The notes under the pieces were generated by a model that did no database searches, was not told the DNA's origin, and was given only the letters and a program-made list of their open reading frames with translations. Below, piece after piece: positions 1-8,335 of a stretch of 64,000 nucleotides of DNA; the stretch's first letter is position 1; each line of letters starts with the position of its first letter. The translations under genes and the position numbers were made by a program. Source of the stretch: a virus; IMG/VR virus record IMGVR_UViG_3300017766_003354, positions 1-64,000 of that record; one strand, 5' to 3'.

Positions 1-103
1 CCGCAATTCTTCTCTTGGCCTTTTCGATTGTTCACCTGATTGTTTTTTGTTTTTCGGGTGATGTTGGGGTTTTCTGGTTTGCTTTTCTCGTGACAATCGC
101 CCT

Positions 104-337
104 TTGCACAAACCTCGCATGGAAAGAAAAAATCTCATGAGAAATCCCGCATACTTCGGACTTGACAAAAAGAATTCGCCAGAACTAATTCGCCAATTCC
201 ATCATGAAATCGCTTGGCTGGAAAACAAGTGTTTGGAAGTCGAGGAGCAAATGAAGAAACGGCCATCTAAAGTCAAGCATTTAAATGACCTAAAGCGCCA
301 AATTCAAGAAAAAAAAGATTGGCTGGCCAAGCCATAA
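104..337 (+). CDS. hypothetical coiled-coil protein (start probably at a downstream ATG)
   Basis: ORF track; stop inside repeat copy 1. Confidence 0.6.
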   Translation: MHKPRMERKNLMRNPAYFGLDKKNSPELIRQFHHEIAWLENKCLEVEEQMKKRPSKVKHLNDLKRQIQEKKDWLAKP

Positions 338-419
338 GCCACTGTAAATCAAGCACTTACGAAGTGGCGACCCCGTAGGGGTCCGCGAAACGTAACTCGT
401 TGAAAATCAAAGAGTTGTG
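333..419. repeat. 87-bp palindromic element copy 1 (arm-7-GACCCC GTA GGGGTC-7-arm)
   Basis: CATAAG-N17-CTTACG aagtggc GACCCCgtaGGGGTC cgcgaaa CGTAAC-N17-GTTGTG; flanked by AAGC/GCTT; stop TAA of ORF 104-337 lies in the left arm. Confidence 0.97.
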
Positions 420-480
420 GCTTCTGATAGATAGCTGTTAGGGTGTTCAAAAGAACCCCAAAAATAAATGAAAAAAAAGC

Positions 481-508
481 TTGGAATGGTGGGTGGAAAT
501 GGTAACTT
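481..508 (+). promoter_or_regulatory. sigma70-like promoter after repeat 1
   Basis: TTGGAA-N16-TAACTT. Confidence 0.5.
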
Positions 509-535
509 TCTTTCGTCAGCCAACCCCATACAAAA

Positions 536-805
536 ATGAAAAATCAAATCACCGCAACAATCTGGATTGAAAAAATTGACCCCGAACCCGACAACGTGCT
601 TGGCGAGTTCGAGGTTGACCTTGTGGGAGAATATCACAGGGAAGACAGGGGATCGCGGGGCGATTACGGCGTTCCCATGGAGCCGACCACGCCTGCCTAT
701 GTTGAATTTATTTCCGCCAAAGTTGACGGTGAGGAAATTGAGCTTGACAAATACGACCAAGAACGCGCTGAAATGGCCTTGTGGGAGGCTGTTTGTGAAG
801 ACTGA
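536..805 (+). CDS. hypothetical acidic phage protein
   Basis: ORF after promoter; protein-like composition. Confidence 0.75.
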   Translation: MKNQITATIWIEKIDPEPDNVLGEFEVDLVGEYHREDRGSRGDYGVPMEPTTPAYVEFISAKVDGEEIELDKYDQERAEMALWEAVCED

Positions 806-852
806 AAAATAAACTTGCGGGGGTGAAATTCCCCCGCTAACCTCCGAACATC

Positions 853-1011
853 ATGAAAAACAAATCAGAAAATTCGTTCGCCAACTACTGCGGCCAAACC
901 GTCGAAGTCCTTGACACCTACTCAACCGAACACGGGACTATTTCACTCGTTTCCTATAATGATGGGCGCGAGGAGGAACTGCCAACCGTTCGCCTTGACT
1001 TTCTCGACTAA
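853..1011 (+). CDS. small hypothetical protein (52 aa, not in ORF track)
   Basis: ATG 853, MKNKSENSFANYCGQTVEVLDTYS..., TAA 1009-1011. Confidence 0.55.
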   Translation: MKNKSENSFANYCGQTVEVLDTYSTEHGTISLVSYNDGREEELPTVRLDFLD

Positions 1012-1102
1012 CCCTATTTGACCCCGCACAGAAAAAACTTGCTATTTGATTCGAATTTAAATAAACTTTCGCCAACACCAACAACCAAAAGAAAAAAACA
1101 AA

Positions 1103-1318
1103 ATGTATTGCTCGCCAAACTACAAGTCAAAAAAGGAACTCAAGGAAGCCGTTGCCGCAGGAAAGACCGTCACGGTGTTTCAACCCAACGGTGATCTTTT
1201 CGGAGTGACCGCGCCGACGAACGGCAAGGTTGTCTTGGAGGGTCCGCACTATCCCCAGCCGCATAAATGGTATGCACAAGCGGTCGTTCAAGATGGGAAG
1301 ATTGTCAAGGTGAGTTGA
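1103..1318 (+). CDS. small phage protein (NYKSKKELKEAV...GPHYPQPHKWYA)
   Basis: ORF track; resembles a recurrent uncharacterised phage family. Confidence 0.75.
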   Translation: MYCSPNYKSKKELKEAVAAGKTVTVFQPNGDLFGVTAPTNGKVVLEGPHYPQPHKWYAQAVVQDGKIVKVS

Positions 1319-1423
1319 TAAGATCAAGCCGCTGATAATCCTAGAACCCTGCATCTGAAAGGAAGGTGAGGCTAGGAAATCACTTGAAACAGCGGGAATC
1401 TGCATTAGTGAACGGCAGAACCT

Positions 1424-1510
1424 CATAACTCGCTCATTCTAAGTCACTTACGAATGGGCGACCCCGTAGGGGTCCGTTCTTCGTAACTCGTTGAAAATAA
1501 AGGACTTGTG
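1424..1510. repeat. 87-bp palindromic element copy 2
   Basis: CATAAC-N17-CTTACG N7 GACCCCgtaGGGGTC N7 CGTAAC-N17-CTTGTG. Confidence 0.97.
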
Positions 1511-1547
1511 GCTTTCTAAGAAAAAAGACGAAAAAGAAAAGAATTGA

Positions 1548-1575
1548 TTGACTCTCAAGGGTAATCTGCTAAGTT
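1548..1575 (+). promoter_or_regulatory. sigma70-like promoter after repeat 2
   Basis: TTGACT-N16-TAAGTT with TG upstream of the -10 box. Confidence 0.7.
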
Positions 1576-1622
1576 CTCTTCAGTCGCCCGCAGTTAGGGC
1601 CAAACGCTAACCACTAAAAAAT

Positions 1623-2411
1623 ATGAGTCTGATCATCTGCAAACAAAAAATGAATTTTGAACAATTGCTTGGAATTCAAACCCCGCCCGCTACCGAATCG
1701 CATGTGCCAATTCCACACTCTTCACTTGTCAACTTGACCCGCGAGGCGATCAATCGCGCAGGCATGGAAATCGTTCAAGAGGAGCATGGCGTTGCTCGCG
1801 ATGGAATGAACTATTTTGGCGGCTTTGCCCTTCGAGGCGAGCTTGTCAACGCGGAAGATAAAAGGCTCGTTGTGGGGCTTAGAAATTCCCATCTGAAGCA
1901 ATTCGCCGCTTCAATTTGCATCGGTTCTTCTATGCTGGTTTGCGAGAATTTGCATTTTAGCAGTGATACAAAGCTGGGTCGTCGTCACACAACGAACATC
2001 ATGACCGACTTGCCGCGCATACTTGCTGATGCCGTTGGGCGTTGTGTTTCACAATGGCAAACAATTGGACAGCGTTTTGACGCTTACAAGGAAATTGAAG
2101 TTTCGCGTGATCGTGCCGCTGATTTGCTGATTGAATTAGCAGACGCGAAAGCATTGCCGCCCCGCGAAATTTATAGTGTCATGAATGAATTCCGCAACCC
2201 GCGCCATCCAGAATTTAAAGGTCAAACGCTTTATTCTCTCTTTAATGCCTTTACTGAGGAAATGAAGGGAAGCGACCTTTCGAAGTTGCCATATCGAACA
2301 ATGGCTTGTGAGTCGATTTTTGACAAGTTGGCGCGGTTTGTGCCTGCGGAGCCAATCATTCTTGACGCTTCGGAAGCTGATGAAAGCGAGCCATTGGTTG
2401 TGATTGGTTAA
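1623..2411 (+). CDS. DUF932/DUF945-like phage/plasmid protein
   Basis: PPATESHVPIPH, GLRNSH, LVCENL, RRHT, LYSLFNAFTE motifs. Confidence 0.7.
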   Translation: MSLIICKQKMNFEQLLGIQTPPATESHVPIPHSSLVNLTREAINRAGMEIVQEEHGVARDGMNYFGGFALRGELVNAEDKRLVVGLRNSHLKQFAASICIGSSMLVCENLHFSSDTKLGRRHTTNIMTDLPRILADAVGRCVSQWQTIGQRFDAYKEIEVSRDRAADLLIELADAKALPPREIYSVMNEFRNPRHPEFKGQTLYSLFNAFTEEMKGSDLSKLPYRTMACESIFDKLARFVPAEPIILDASEADESEPLVVIG

Positions 2412-3019
2412 TCTGGCGAATCGGAAACCCCGTCAGAAATGGCGGGGTTTCTTTCGCTAAACTCGACAACCTTTCGGCATAAGTCTAAAAATTCAGAATC
2501 AGACAATGCTCGTTTTGCTAGATTGACATCCTTGTGAACTAGGCGTATGTTTTCTGGCCGATTGCTTCCGCCCTTTGATTTAGCGACGATGTGATCGACA
2601 GAAATTGTTTCAGTCGTTAGCTTAACGCCAGTTAGTGCGCAAATTAACTTTTGCTTGTGCGCTATGTGGAACAAATCAATTGCCGTCAACCATTGATCTT
2701 TTGGAAAGAATCGGTTCGACATCTCAACCAACCTTTTAAACCTTCTTTTCGCCCTGCTTTGCTTTGAATTGGCTTTTAATTTTTCAGGTGAATTCTTATA
2801 TGCTTGCAACGAGCGGATTCGGTTCTTTTCCTTGTTAATTGGGCAAGCAGCGGCAAGTTTTCGTTTTTCTTTATATCTTTCTGGATTTCTCCAATTTTTA
2901 ATTGAAGTTAAACTGACATCAAATTTTTCTAAAGCTTTTGTTGCCCCATGCTCGCTTGCAAAATCTAAAATATCCTGCTTTTCAGCTTGCGTCCATCGTT
3001 TGTGATAATTGTTTGACAT
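2408..3019 (-). CDS. free-standing HNH homing endonuclease with N-terminal HTH
   Basis: CALTG...SVDHIVAKSKGGSNRPENIRLVHKDVNLAK; antisense within a cassette. Confidence 0.9.
   Translation of the reverse strand: MSNNYHKRWTQAEKQDILDFASEHGATKALEKFDVSLTSIKNWRNPERYKEKRKLAAACPINKEKNRIRSLQAYKNSPEKLKANSKQSRAKRRFKRLVEMSNRFFPKDQWLTAIDLFHIAHKQKLICALTGVKLTTETISVDHIVAKSKGGSNRPENIRLVHKDVNLAKRALSDSEFLDLCRKVVEFSERNPAISDGVSDSPD
2424..2451. terminator. intrinsic terminator hairpin
   Basis: GAAACCCCGTC agaaat GGCGGGGTTTC followed by T-rich tract. Confidence 0.65.
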
Positions 3020-3063
3020 GTCAACATAAATTACACTAAAAAATCTTTGTTTACCAAAAAAGT

Positions 3064-3150
3064 CATAAGTCGCTCATTTGCAACCACTTGCGAATTGGCG
3101 ACCCCTTCGGGGTCCGTCTTTTGTAAGTTGTTGGTTTTCAATAACTTGTG
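3064..3150. repeat. 87-bp palindromic element copy 3
   Basis: CATAAG-N17-CTTGCG N7 GACCCCttcGGGGTC N7 TGTAAG-N17-CTTGTG. Confidence 0.97.
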
Positions 3151-3175
3151 GCTTTAAAATAGTTAAACTTTTTTC

Positions 3176-3203
3176 TTGCTTTGTTCTTATAAAAGCTTAG
3201 AGT
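3176..3203 (+). promoter_or_regulatory. leaderless-type promoter after repeat 3
   Basis: TTGCTT-N16-TAGAGT-N6-ATG(3210). Confidence 0.65.
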
Positions 3204-3209
3204 TTCATC

Positions 3210-3533
3210 ATGTTCGCCACCACCGAAGAGATTCAACAATACGCCCGAATGACCTTCAAACAATACGGCTTAGGGGATCATAAGTTGGTTTTTCTTGACA
3301 AGCTGGATACTCCCAACCGTATCGGCCAAGCTAACCCATGGAAAAAAAAGATTGAACTTTCCCCAAAGGCTGCATCTAATTTCGCGCTCTTCCGCTTGGT
3401 GTTTCTTCATGAATTGGCCCATATTCTCCAATTCGCCCGCATGGGCGGGACGTATAAAGTGAATGGCCGAAATAATTTTCATGGGAAAGTTTTTCGCCAA
3501 GTTTGCAAGGAAATCGGAATTCCATGGAAATAA
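3210..3533 (+). CDS. SprT-like zinc metalloprotease
   Basis: FLHELAHI and NNFHGKVFRQVC motifs. Confidence 0.85.
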   Translation: MFATTEEIQQYARMTFKQYGLGDHKLVFLDKLDTPNRIGQANPWKKKIELSPKAASNFALFRLVFLHELAHILQFARMGGTYKVNGRNNFHGKVFRQVCKEIGIPWK

Positions 3534-3570
3534 AAATTGACAAACCATTTAAAAAGACTATCTTCTAGCC

Positions 3571-4083
3571 ATGGCCATTCACCACGAATTAGATCTTTCA
3601 GGCCGCGCCAACTCTCAAGGAGAAAACGCGGAGTCTCTTTTTGTTGAGTTGGCCAAAAAGCATGGCCACAAAGTTACGCCCGCGAATACCCATCAAGAAA
3701 GGGTTGAACATTGGGATTTTCTTCTTACGAAAGAAAAGAATTTGCGCGTTGAAGTTAAGAGCCTCAAAACTTTCGCCGTCTTGCATAATGGAAGAATGAC
3801 AAAAGACTTTCTTTTGATTGAATGGAAAGGCGTTTCTGGCCATGATGGTTGGATATGGGGTAAAGCTGATCTCATTGCATTCGAGCGCCAAGACGGCTTT
3901 TATATTGTCCCTAGAAAGACCCTTCTGGAACTTGGCGAGAAACTTTGTTCTCAAGAATGGGTTGACAGGCGCGAAGATATGCTTTACAAGCAATACGGAA
4001 GAAAGGACAGGGAAGATTGCGTTTCTGCCATTCTTTTGGGGGATATAATTGCAACAAGGAATTTCAGCTTTTGGAAGAAATGA
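3571..4083 (+). CDS. PD-(D/E)XK-type nuclease-like protein; paralog of 45863-46396
   Basis: HWDF...VEVK, LIEWKGVSGHDGW, ADLIAF, YGRKDRED. Confidence 0.7.
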   Translation: MAIHHELDLSGRANSQGENAESLFVELAKKHGHKVTPANTHQERVEHWDFLLTKEKNLRVEVKSLKTFAVLHNGRMTKDFLLIEWKGVSGHDGWIWGKADLIAFERQDGFYIVPRKTLLELGEKLCSQEWVDRREDMLYKQYGRKDREDCVSAILLGDIIATRNFSFWKK

Positions 4084-4274
4084 AAAACTTTACCTTTGGG
4101 GATTACCGTTTGCAGATCACTTGGCCCGAATTTAAAATCAGGAGTGATAAAAAAGGATTTGATTCTCACGTTTCTTTTCAAACGATAATTCGCTTAGGAA
4201 TACATGAAAATTTTTGGGTCTTTGGGGTTTCTGTTTTAGGTTTTGGCATAGGCATTGATTGGGAAAAGTCATAA
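4080..4274 (+). CDS. hypothetical protein
   Basis: ATG overlaps previous stop (ATGA); stop within repeat 4. Confidence 0.6.
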   Translation: MKNFTFGDYRLQITWPEFKIRSDKKGFDSHVSFQTIIRLGIHENFWVFGVSVLGFGIGIDWEKS

Positions 4275-4356
4275 CTCATTCATTCTCAACAAGTCGCGAA
4301 ATCGCGACCCCTTCGGGGTCCACAAAACGTAAGTCTTTGATTTTCAATAACTTATG
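4270..4356. repeat. 87-bp palindromic element copy 4
   Basis: CATAAC-N17-GTCGCG N7 GACCCCttcGGGGTC N7 CGTAAG-N17-CTTATG; contains the stop of the ORF ending at 4274. Confidence 0.97.
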
Positions 4357-4382
4357 GCTTTAATTTTAATTCACATTTTTAA

Positions 4383-4410
4383 TTGACTAAGCGGAAAAAA
4401 TTGGTATCTT
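4383..4410 (+). promoter_or_regulatory. leaderless-type promoter after repeat 4
   Basis: TTGACT-N16-TATCTT-N6-ATG(4417). Confidence 0.75.
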
Positions 4411-4416
4411 GTGGAC

Positions 4417-4542
4417 ATGAAAGCGAAACTCCTTGCCTACAAAAATCACAGAGCCATGCTTGATCCTTTTACTTCTTTTATTCTGGCGTTTTTCGGAACC
4501 GTGGCGCAAGAGATTAAAAAAACTTTGCCGAAATTGCCATGA
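4417..4542 (+). CDS. 41-aa hydrophobic peptide
   Basis: ATG 6 nt after -10 box; MKAKLLAYKNHRAMLDPFTSFILAFFGTVAQEIKKTLPKLP. Confidence 0.5.
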   Translation: MKAKLLAYKNHRAMLDPFTSFILAFFGTVAQEIKKTLPKLP

Positions 4543-4677
4543 AAATCAAAATCATCCTCCCACCAAAAACCCCGCGCATTCGCTTTGCCCCCGCAACTCT
4601 CCGCTTCCCTGACGCTAAGAAAAAAGAAGCAAAAAAAGCTTGCCGCAAGAATAAAAATCAACCAGAATAACCCCGCC

Positions 4678-5241
4678 ATGAAAAAAACATTTGCCAGACC
4701 ACATCCAGAAGGTAGTTTCCTCATTACCATTTCAACCGATGGTTGCGGTGGCCGCCCCTACTTTTCAATTACTGCCGATCTTAAATATAAAGGCGGCGGA
4801 TCATGTTGCGGGTGTATGCATAAAGACGTTTTAAAGGTTGCGCCAGAATTCAAACCTTTTGTTGATCTTCACCTTTCTAATCTTGACGGCATTCCAATGC
4901 ACGCCGAAGAAAATGGTTTCTATTGGCTCGCTAAGGCTGCGGGCATTCCACAAGAATATGGCCCAGATCAGGACGAAGAGACTTGTTTTACTTATCTTTA
5001 CGAACATCTCCGCACGGGATACGATGAAACAAAGTTGATTGTTGAGGCGACGAAAGCGATATACTCTGAAGGAAAGAAAAAGATAGCCATTCCTGAAGAA
5101 GTCTCCCAAAAATGTCGCGAGATGCAAGAAGCGCAAGGCGTTTTTGACGCAAAAGCTTTCTTCAAAAAAACAATTGAAGGAATGAAAGAACGCTGGAAAG
5201 GAGAAGCCGAATCAGCAATTTCTCTTCTCGAAAAGCTGTAA
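4678..5241 (+). CDS. hypothetical phage protein (PYFSITAD...CGCMH...LHLS..DGIPMH)
   Basis: ORF track, start reassigned to ATG 4678; stop within repeat 5. Confidence 0.8.
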   Translation: MKKTFARPHPEGSFLITISTDGCGGRPYFSITADLKYKGGGSCCGCMHKDVLKVAPEFKPFVDLHLSNLDGIPMHAEENGFYWLAKAAGIPQEYGPDQDEETCFTYLYEHLRTGYDETKLIVEATKAIYSEGKKKIAIPEEVSQKCREMQEAQGVFDAKAFFKKTIEGMKERWKGEAESAISLLEKL

Positions 5242-5323
5242 GTCACTAATACTCAAGGGGTCGCAAATGGGCGACCCCTTCGGGGTCCGCTTTTCGTAAG
5301 TCGTTGATAATGTGTGACTTATG
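5237..5323. repeat. 87-bp palindromic element copy 5
   Basis: TGTAAG-N17-GTCGCA N7 GACCCCttcGGGGTC N7 CGTAAG-N17-CTTATG; contains the stop of the ORF ending at 5241. Confidence 0.97.
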
Positions 5324-5349
5324 GCTTTCAAAAATAATAAAGAAAGTGC

Positions 5350-5377
5350 TTGCGCGGCTCTGAAAAAATGCTAGTTT
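5350..5377 (+). promoter_or_regulatory. promoter after repeat 5
   Basis: TTGCGC-N16-TAGTTT with extended TG. Confidence 0.6.
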
Positions 5378-5386
5378 GTCCCTGCC

Positions 5387-5683
5387 ATGCAAGACGAATA
5401 TATCGACACCAGAAAACCCCTTCACGCAAAAGCCTATTTGGCCGCAGCTTCCCATATTCTAAGCGGTTGGCCGCAAGAATGGAGTGCGGGAACGCTTGAA
5501 ATGGCTCTATTGACTGGCGACGAAGATATTCTCGCCAAAAAAGAAATGAAAGAAAAAATTCGCCTTTGGAATCCTATTAAGGCAATCTCCGCAAGTGATG
5601 ACACCGACCCCTATTTCAAGAGCGATGAAATGATTTGCGATTTGGCGGAAAGTTTTATTGACTTCTTGGAAGAAAACAAGTAA
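5387..5683 (+). CDS. hypothetical protein
   Basis: ORF directly after promoter. Confidence 0.75.
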   Translation: MQDEYIDTRKPLHAKAYLAAASHILSGWPQEWSAGTLEMALLTGDEDILAKKEMKEKIRLWNPIKAISASDDTDPYFKSDEMICDLAESFIDFLEENK

Positions 5684-5937
5684 GTTCTCTTCATGCGAGG
5701 GAAGGAACGCCCTCACAGAAAATGCCGATGGTGATGCCCTAGCGATAACCATGGAATACGGCGAGGTAAAAATCCTTAATCGGGGACAAATTTCAAAACA
5801 AAATAACCATGAAACACAATCTAATCACCGCCCTAATCCTTACCCCATTCATTTTTTCAATCTTTTTTCTTGCCATTAGAACAATCTGCTGCTACCTTCT
5901 CCCACGTAAGACAAACCAAACCAACACCGAAAACAAA

Positions 5938-6216
5938 ATGAAAAACACTACTGAACTCCGCAAGCTTATCCAATCCACAAACGGCAAATTCTTTTCTGTC
6001 GTCTTTCGCAAGAAGAACGGCGATATTCGTCGCGCCAATGGAAAAGACAAATATCTTCGGCTTCTTGCTGATTCTTCCAGTCCACGCGCTGGATTCAATG
6101 CTCTCGAAGGAACCGACCTTACTTCTTTTGTGGACCGCAATAAGGAGGGCTGGATTTCCGCAAGCGATGAACGGCTCGTCTCTTTCAAGTGTGGGGCAAT
6201 TGAAAAGACTTTCTAA
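5938..6216 (+). CDS. WYL/SH3-barrel-like small phage protein
   Basis: GKFFSVVFRKKNGDIRRANG motif; start reassigned to ATG 5938. Confidence 0.6.
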   Translation: MKNTTELRKLIQSTNGKFFSVVFRKKNGDIRRANGKDKYLRLLADSSSPRAGFNALEGTDLTSFVDRNKEGWISASDERLVSFKCGAIEKTF

Positions 6217-6250
6217 GGGTGGACATTGGTGAATAGAGCTTAAATGCTCG

Positions 6251-6290
6251 ATCCCTAACGGCTAGTGGTGGCCGTTAGGGATTTTCTTTT
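6251..6290 (+). terminator. intrinsic terminator abutting repeat 6
   Basis: ATCCCTAACGGCTA gtgg TGGCCGTTAGGGAT TTTCTTTT. Confidence 0.85.
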
Positions 6291-6292
6291 AT

Positions 6293-6379
6293 CATAAGTT
6301 CTTCATTTTAAAGGGCTTACGTTTGGCCGACCCCGTAGGGGTCCGTGTTTCGTAAGTCGTTCATTCTTAGTCACTTATG
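6293..6379. repeat. 87-bp palindromic element copy 6
   Basis: CATAAG-N17-CTTACG N7 GACCCCgtaGGGGTC N7 CGTAAG-N17-CTTATG; immediately preceded by an intrinsic terminator. Confidence 0.97.
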
Positions 6380-6405
6380 GCTTTTGAATTTTAATTGTTT
6401 TTCCG

Positions 6406-6433
6406 TTGACATGTCGGGCCGAAATGTTATCTT
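6406..6433 (+). promoter_or_regulatory. promoter after repeat 6
   Basis: TTGACA-N16-TATCTT with extended TG. Confidence 0.75.
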
Positions 6434-6463
6434 TTCGCCAGTTCGAAACACCAACACCAACAA

Positions 6464-6781
6464 ATGAAAATCACTAAAACACTAAATCGCCACTCTGTTT
6501 TCAGTTCATTCTTTCGCATCTTTGAAAGCGATCTTTCAATCTGTCAAGAATTCACAGAAAAACTGTCTGGAGAGAAGATTTCAAAGCAGTCGATCGCCCG
6601 CTTTGATTTGAATACAAAAAACCCAAAAGAAAAGGGATTTAAAAAAGTCACAAGAATTTCAACTTATGAAGTGGAACTTGGCGGAACAGAATTTTCTACT
6701 TTAAGCAAGCATAATCGACTATTTGAAGACTTCGGAATTAAAATTGGCGATAGCTTTTGGATGAAAGTTGAATTGGCCTGA
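6464..6781 (+). CDS. hypothetical protein
   Basis: ORF track. Confidence 0.7.
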   Translation: MKITKTLNRHSVFSSFFRIFESDLSICQEFTEKLSGEKISKQSIARFDLNTKNPKEKGFKKVTRISTYEVELGGTEFSTLSKHNRLFEDFGIKIGDSFWMKVELA

Positions 6782-6824
6782 ATTTAAATTGACAACCCCA
6801 TTTAAAAATCTTACTCTCTTGCCG

Positions 6825-7523
6825 ATGAAACTTCTTACCACAGCGAATACAAAAATCAAAAAGGGCGAAAAGCTTGGCTTCATGACTTTTGGAATCCATC
6901 TTGCGCCCGCTAAATTGTCTGGATTCAATACTTGCCCTAGTGCCTCGGAAGGGTGCGCGGCAGCGTGCTTGAACACGGCGGGCATGGGCGTTTATTCCAC
7001 CGTCCAATCCGCCCGCATTGCAAAAACCTTGCTCTTCTTTAAAGAGCGGGATTCTTTCATGTCGCAACTTGTGAAGGAAATCACTGCCGCAATAAAAAAA
7101 GCAGTGAAAAATGAAATGATTCCTTGCTTTCGTCTTAACCTTACTTCCGACCTTGCGTGGGAAAAAATCCGCCATAACGGCCAAACAATTTTTGAACTTT
7201 TCCCTGATGTTCAATTTTACGATTATACGAAAGTATATTCTCGCATGGCTTCTTTTCTGGCGGGCGAACTGCCGAAAAATTACCATTTGACCTTTTCCCG
7301 TGCGGAGTCCAATGAACTCGCGACAAGCGCCATCCTCGCGAGCGGGGGAAATGTTGCGGCGGTTTTTCGCGGTGCTTTGCCCGCGTCATGGAGCGGCAAG
7401 GCTGTAGTGTCTGGCGACGAATCAGACTTGCGTTTTAAAGACCCGCAAGGTGTGATTGTTGGGCTTGTGGAAAAGGGTAAAGCCAAAAAAGACACAAGCG
7501 GCTTCGTTCTGGAACCTCAATAA
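6825..7523 (+). CDS. GP88-family (radical-SAM-like Fe-S) phage protein
   Basis: CPSASEGCAAACLNTAGMG, RLNLTSDLAWE, QFYDYTK, YHLTFSR, GDESDLRF; leaderless promoter TTGACA-N17-TACTCT. Confidence 0.8.
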   Translation: MKLLTTANTKIKKGEKLGFMTFGIHLAPAKLSGFNTCPSASEGCAAACLNTAGMGVYSTVQSARIAKTLLFFKERDSFMSQLVKEITAAIKKAVKNEMIPCFRLNLTSDLAWEKIRHNGQTIFELFPDVQFYDYTKVYSRMASFLAGELPKNYHLTFSRAESNELATSAILASGGNVAAVFRGALPASWSGKAVVSGDESDLRFKDPQGVIVGLVEKGKAKKDTSGFVLEPQ

Positions 7524-7573
7524 TTAACCCATGGAAATAATCTTGGTAATTTTAATAATTGCGGGGTTTTTGA

Positions 7574-7777
7574 TTGGATACTTTGGAAATGAATAAAATT
7601 CGCACAATCTTAGAATCCCCGTTCGGTCAATTCCTTGTTGATGGCATTCACGAAAACGGCAAAGTCCAATCCCTTGCTGTTTATCCGATCATCTCTGGAA
7701 TAGTTGGCGAGTCGATAAGCACAGACGAAAACAACTGGCAAGAACTAATTGAAAAACTTGAAAATTTACTGAAATGA
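7574..7777 (+). CDS. hypothetical protein
   Basis: ORF track. Confidence 0.6.
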   Translation: MDTLEMNKIRTILESPFGQFLVDGIHENGKVQSLAVYPIISGIVGESISTDENNWQELIEKLENLLK

Positions 7778-7971
7778 AAAAAGGCCAATCAATTACCGCA
7801 AAAAATGGAAAACTCCGCATTAAATATGATCCTGAATGGAGTCCTTCAATGCCGTTTTGCACCTATGAGAACGGGACGGCTGGCCGTTCTTTTGGGAGTC
7901 TGACCGCCGCAACGAATTACTTTTCAAATAAAAATGGACAAGTAAATCATCGCTGGTCAGACTTTAAATAA
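7774..7971 (+). CDS. hypothetical protein
   Basis: ATGA overlap; stop abuts repeat 7. Confidence 0.65.
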   Translation: MKKGQSITAKNGKLRIKYDPEWSPSMPFCTYENGTAGRSFGSLTAATNYFSNKNGQVNHRWSDFK

Positions 7972-7975
7972 AAGC

Positions 7976-8062
7976 CATAACTCACTCAAAACCAAGGAGT
8001 CGCGAATACGCGACCCCTTCGGGGTCGGCCTTGCGTAAGTGCTTAAAAATGAGAGACTTGTG
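7976..8062. repeat. 87-bp palindromic element copy 7
   Basis: CATAAC-N17-GTCGCG N7 GACCCCttcGGGGTC N7 CGTAAG-N17-CTTGTG; upstream ORF stops at 7971. Confidence 0.97.
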
Positions 8063-8088
8063 GCTTTTGATTTTTAATTAAAAATAGC

Positions 8089-8116
8089 TTGCGGGTTTGG
8101 CTCTTTGTGATAACTT
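8089..8116 (+). promoter_or_regulatory. leaderless-type promoter after repeat 7
   Basis: TTGCGG-N16-TAACTT-N6-ATG(8123). Confidence 0.7.
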
Positions 8117-8122
8117 ACTCGC

Positions 8123-8335
8123 ATGTCCGACACCGCCACCGTCTTAGATACCCCAGAAAAAATCCAAATGTATAGACTTCTTGCTATTCGCTCAGGCTTG
8201 AAGCTCGAATTGCTTGGCATGCGCCACTCGCGCAATGCAATCTTTAATGCAGCCAAACAAATCACAGGCAAGAAAACAAGAATTGCCTGTTTGGCCATGA
8301 TTGAAGAAAGAATCGAAAAACTGCAAAACTCATGA
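8123..8335 (+). CDS. hypothetical protein
   Basis: ORF after promoter. Confidence 0.7.
   Translation: MSDTATVLDTPEKIQMYRLLAIRSGLKLELLGMRHSRNAIFNAAKQITGKKTRIACLAMIEERIEKLQNS

Noticed and set aside
369-383. Central GACCCC/GGGGTC hairpin as an intrinsic terminator
   Set aside because: No adjacent U-tract in most copies, and copy 6 has a separate true terminator just upstream.
1345-1372. SRP RNA (GAACCC...GGAAGG resemblance)
   Set aside because: The conserved CAGG/AGCAG domain IV loop is absent.
407-8298. Antisense and alternative-frame ORFs in the track (407-760, 3598-3993, 6738-7286 etc.)
   Set aside because: They are shadows of better-supported genes, with no promoter motif and unprotein-like composition.
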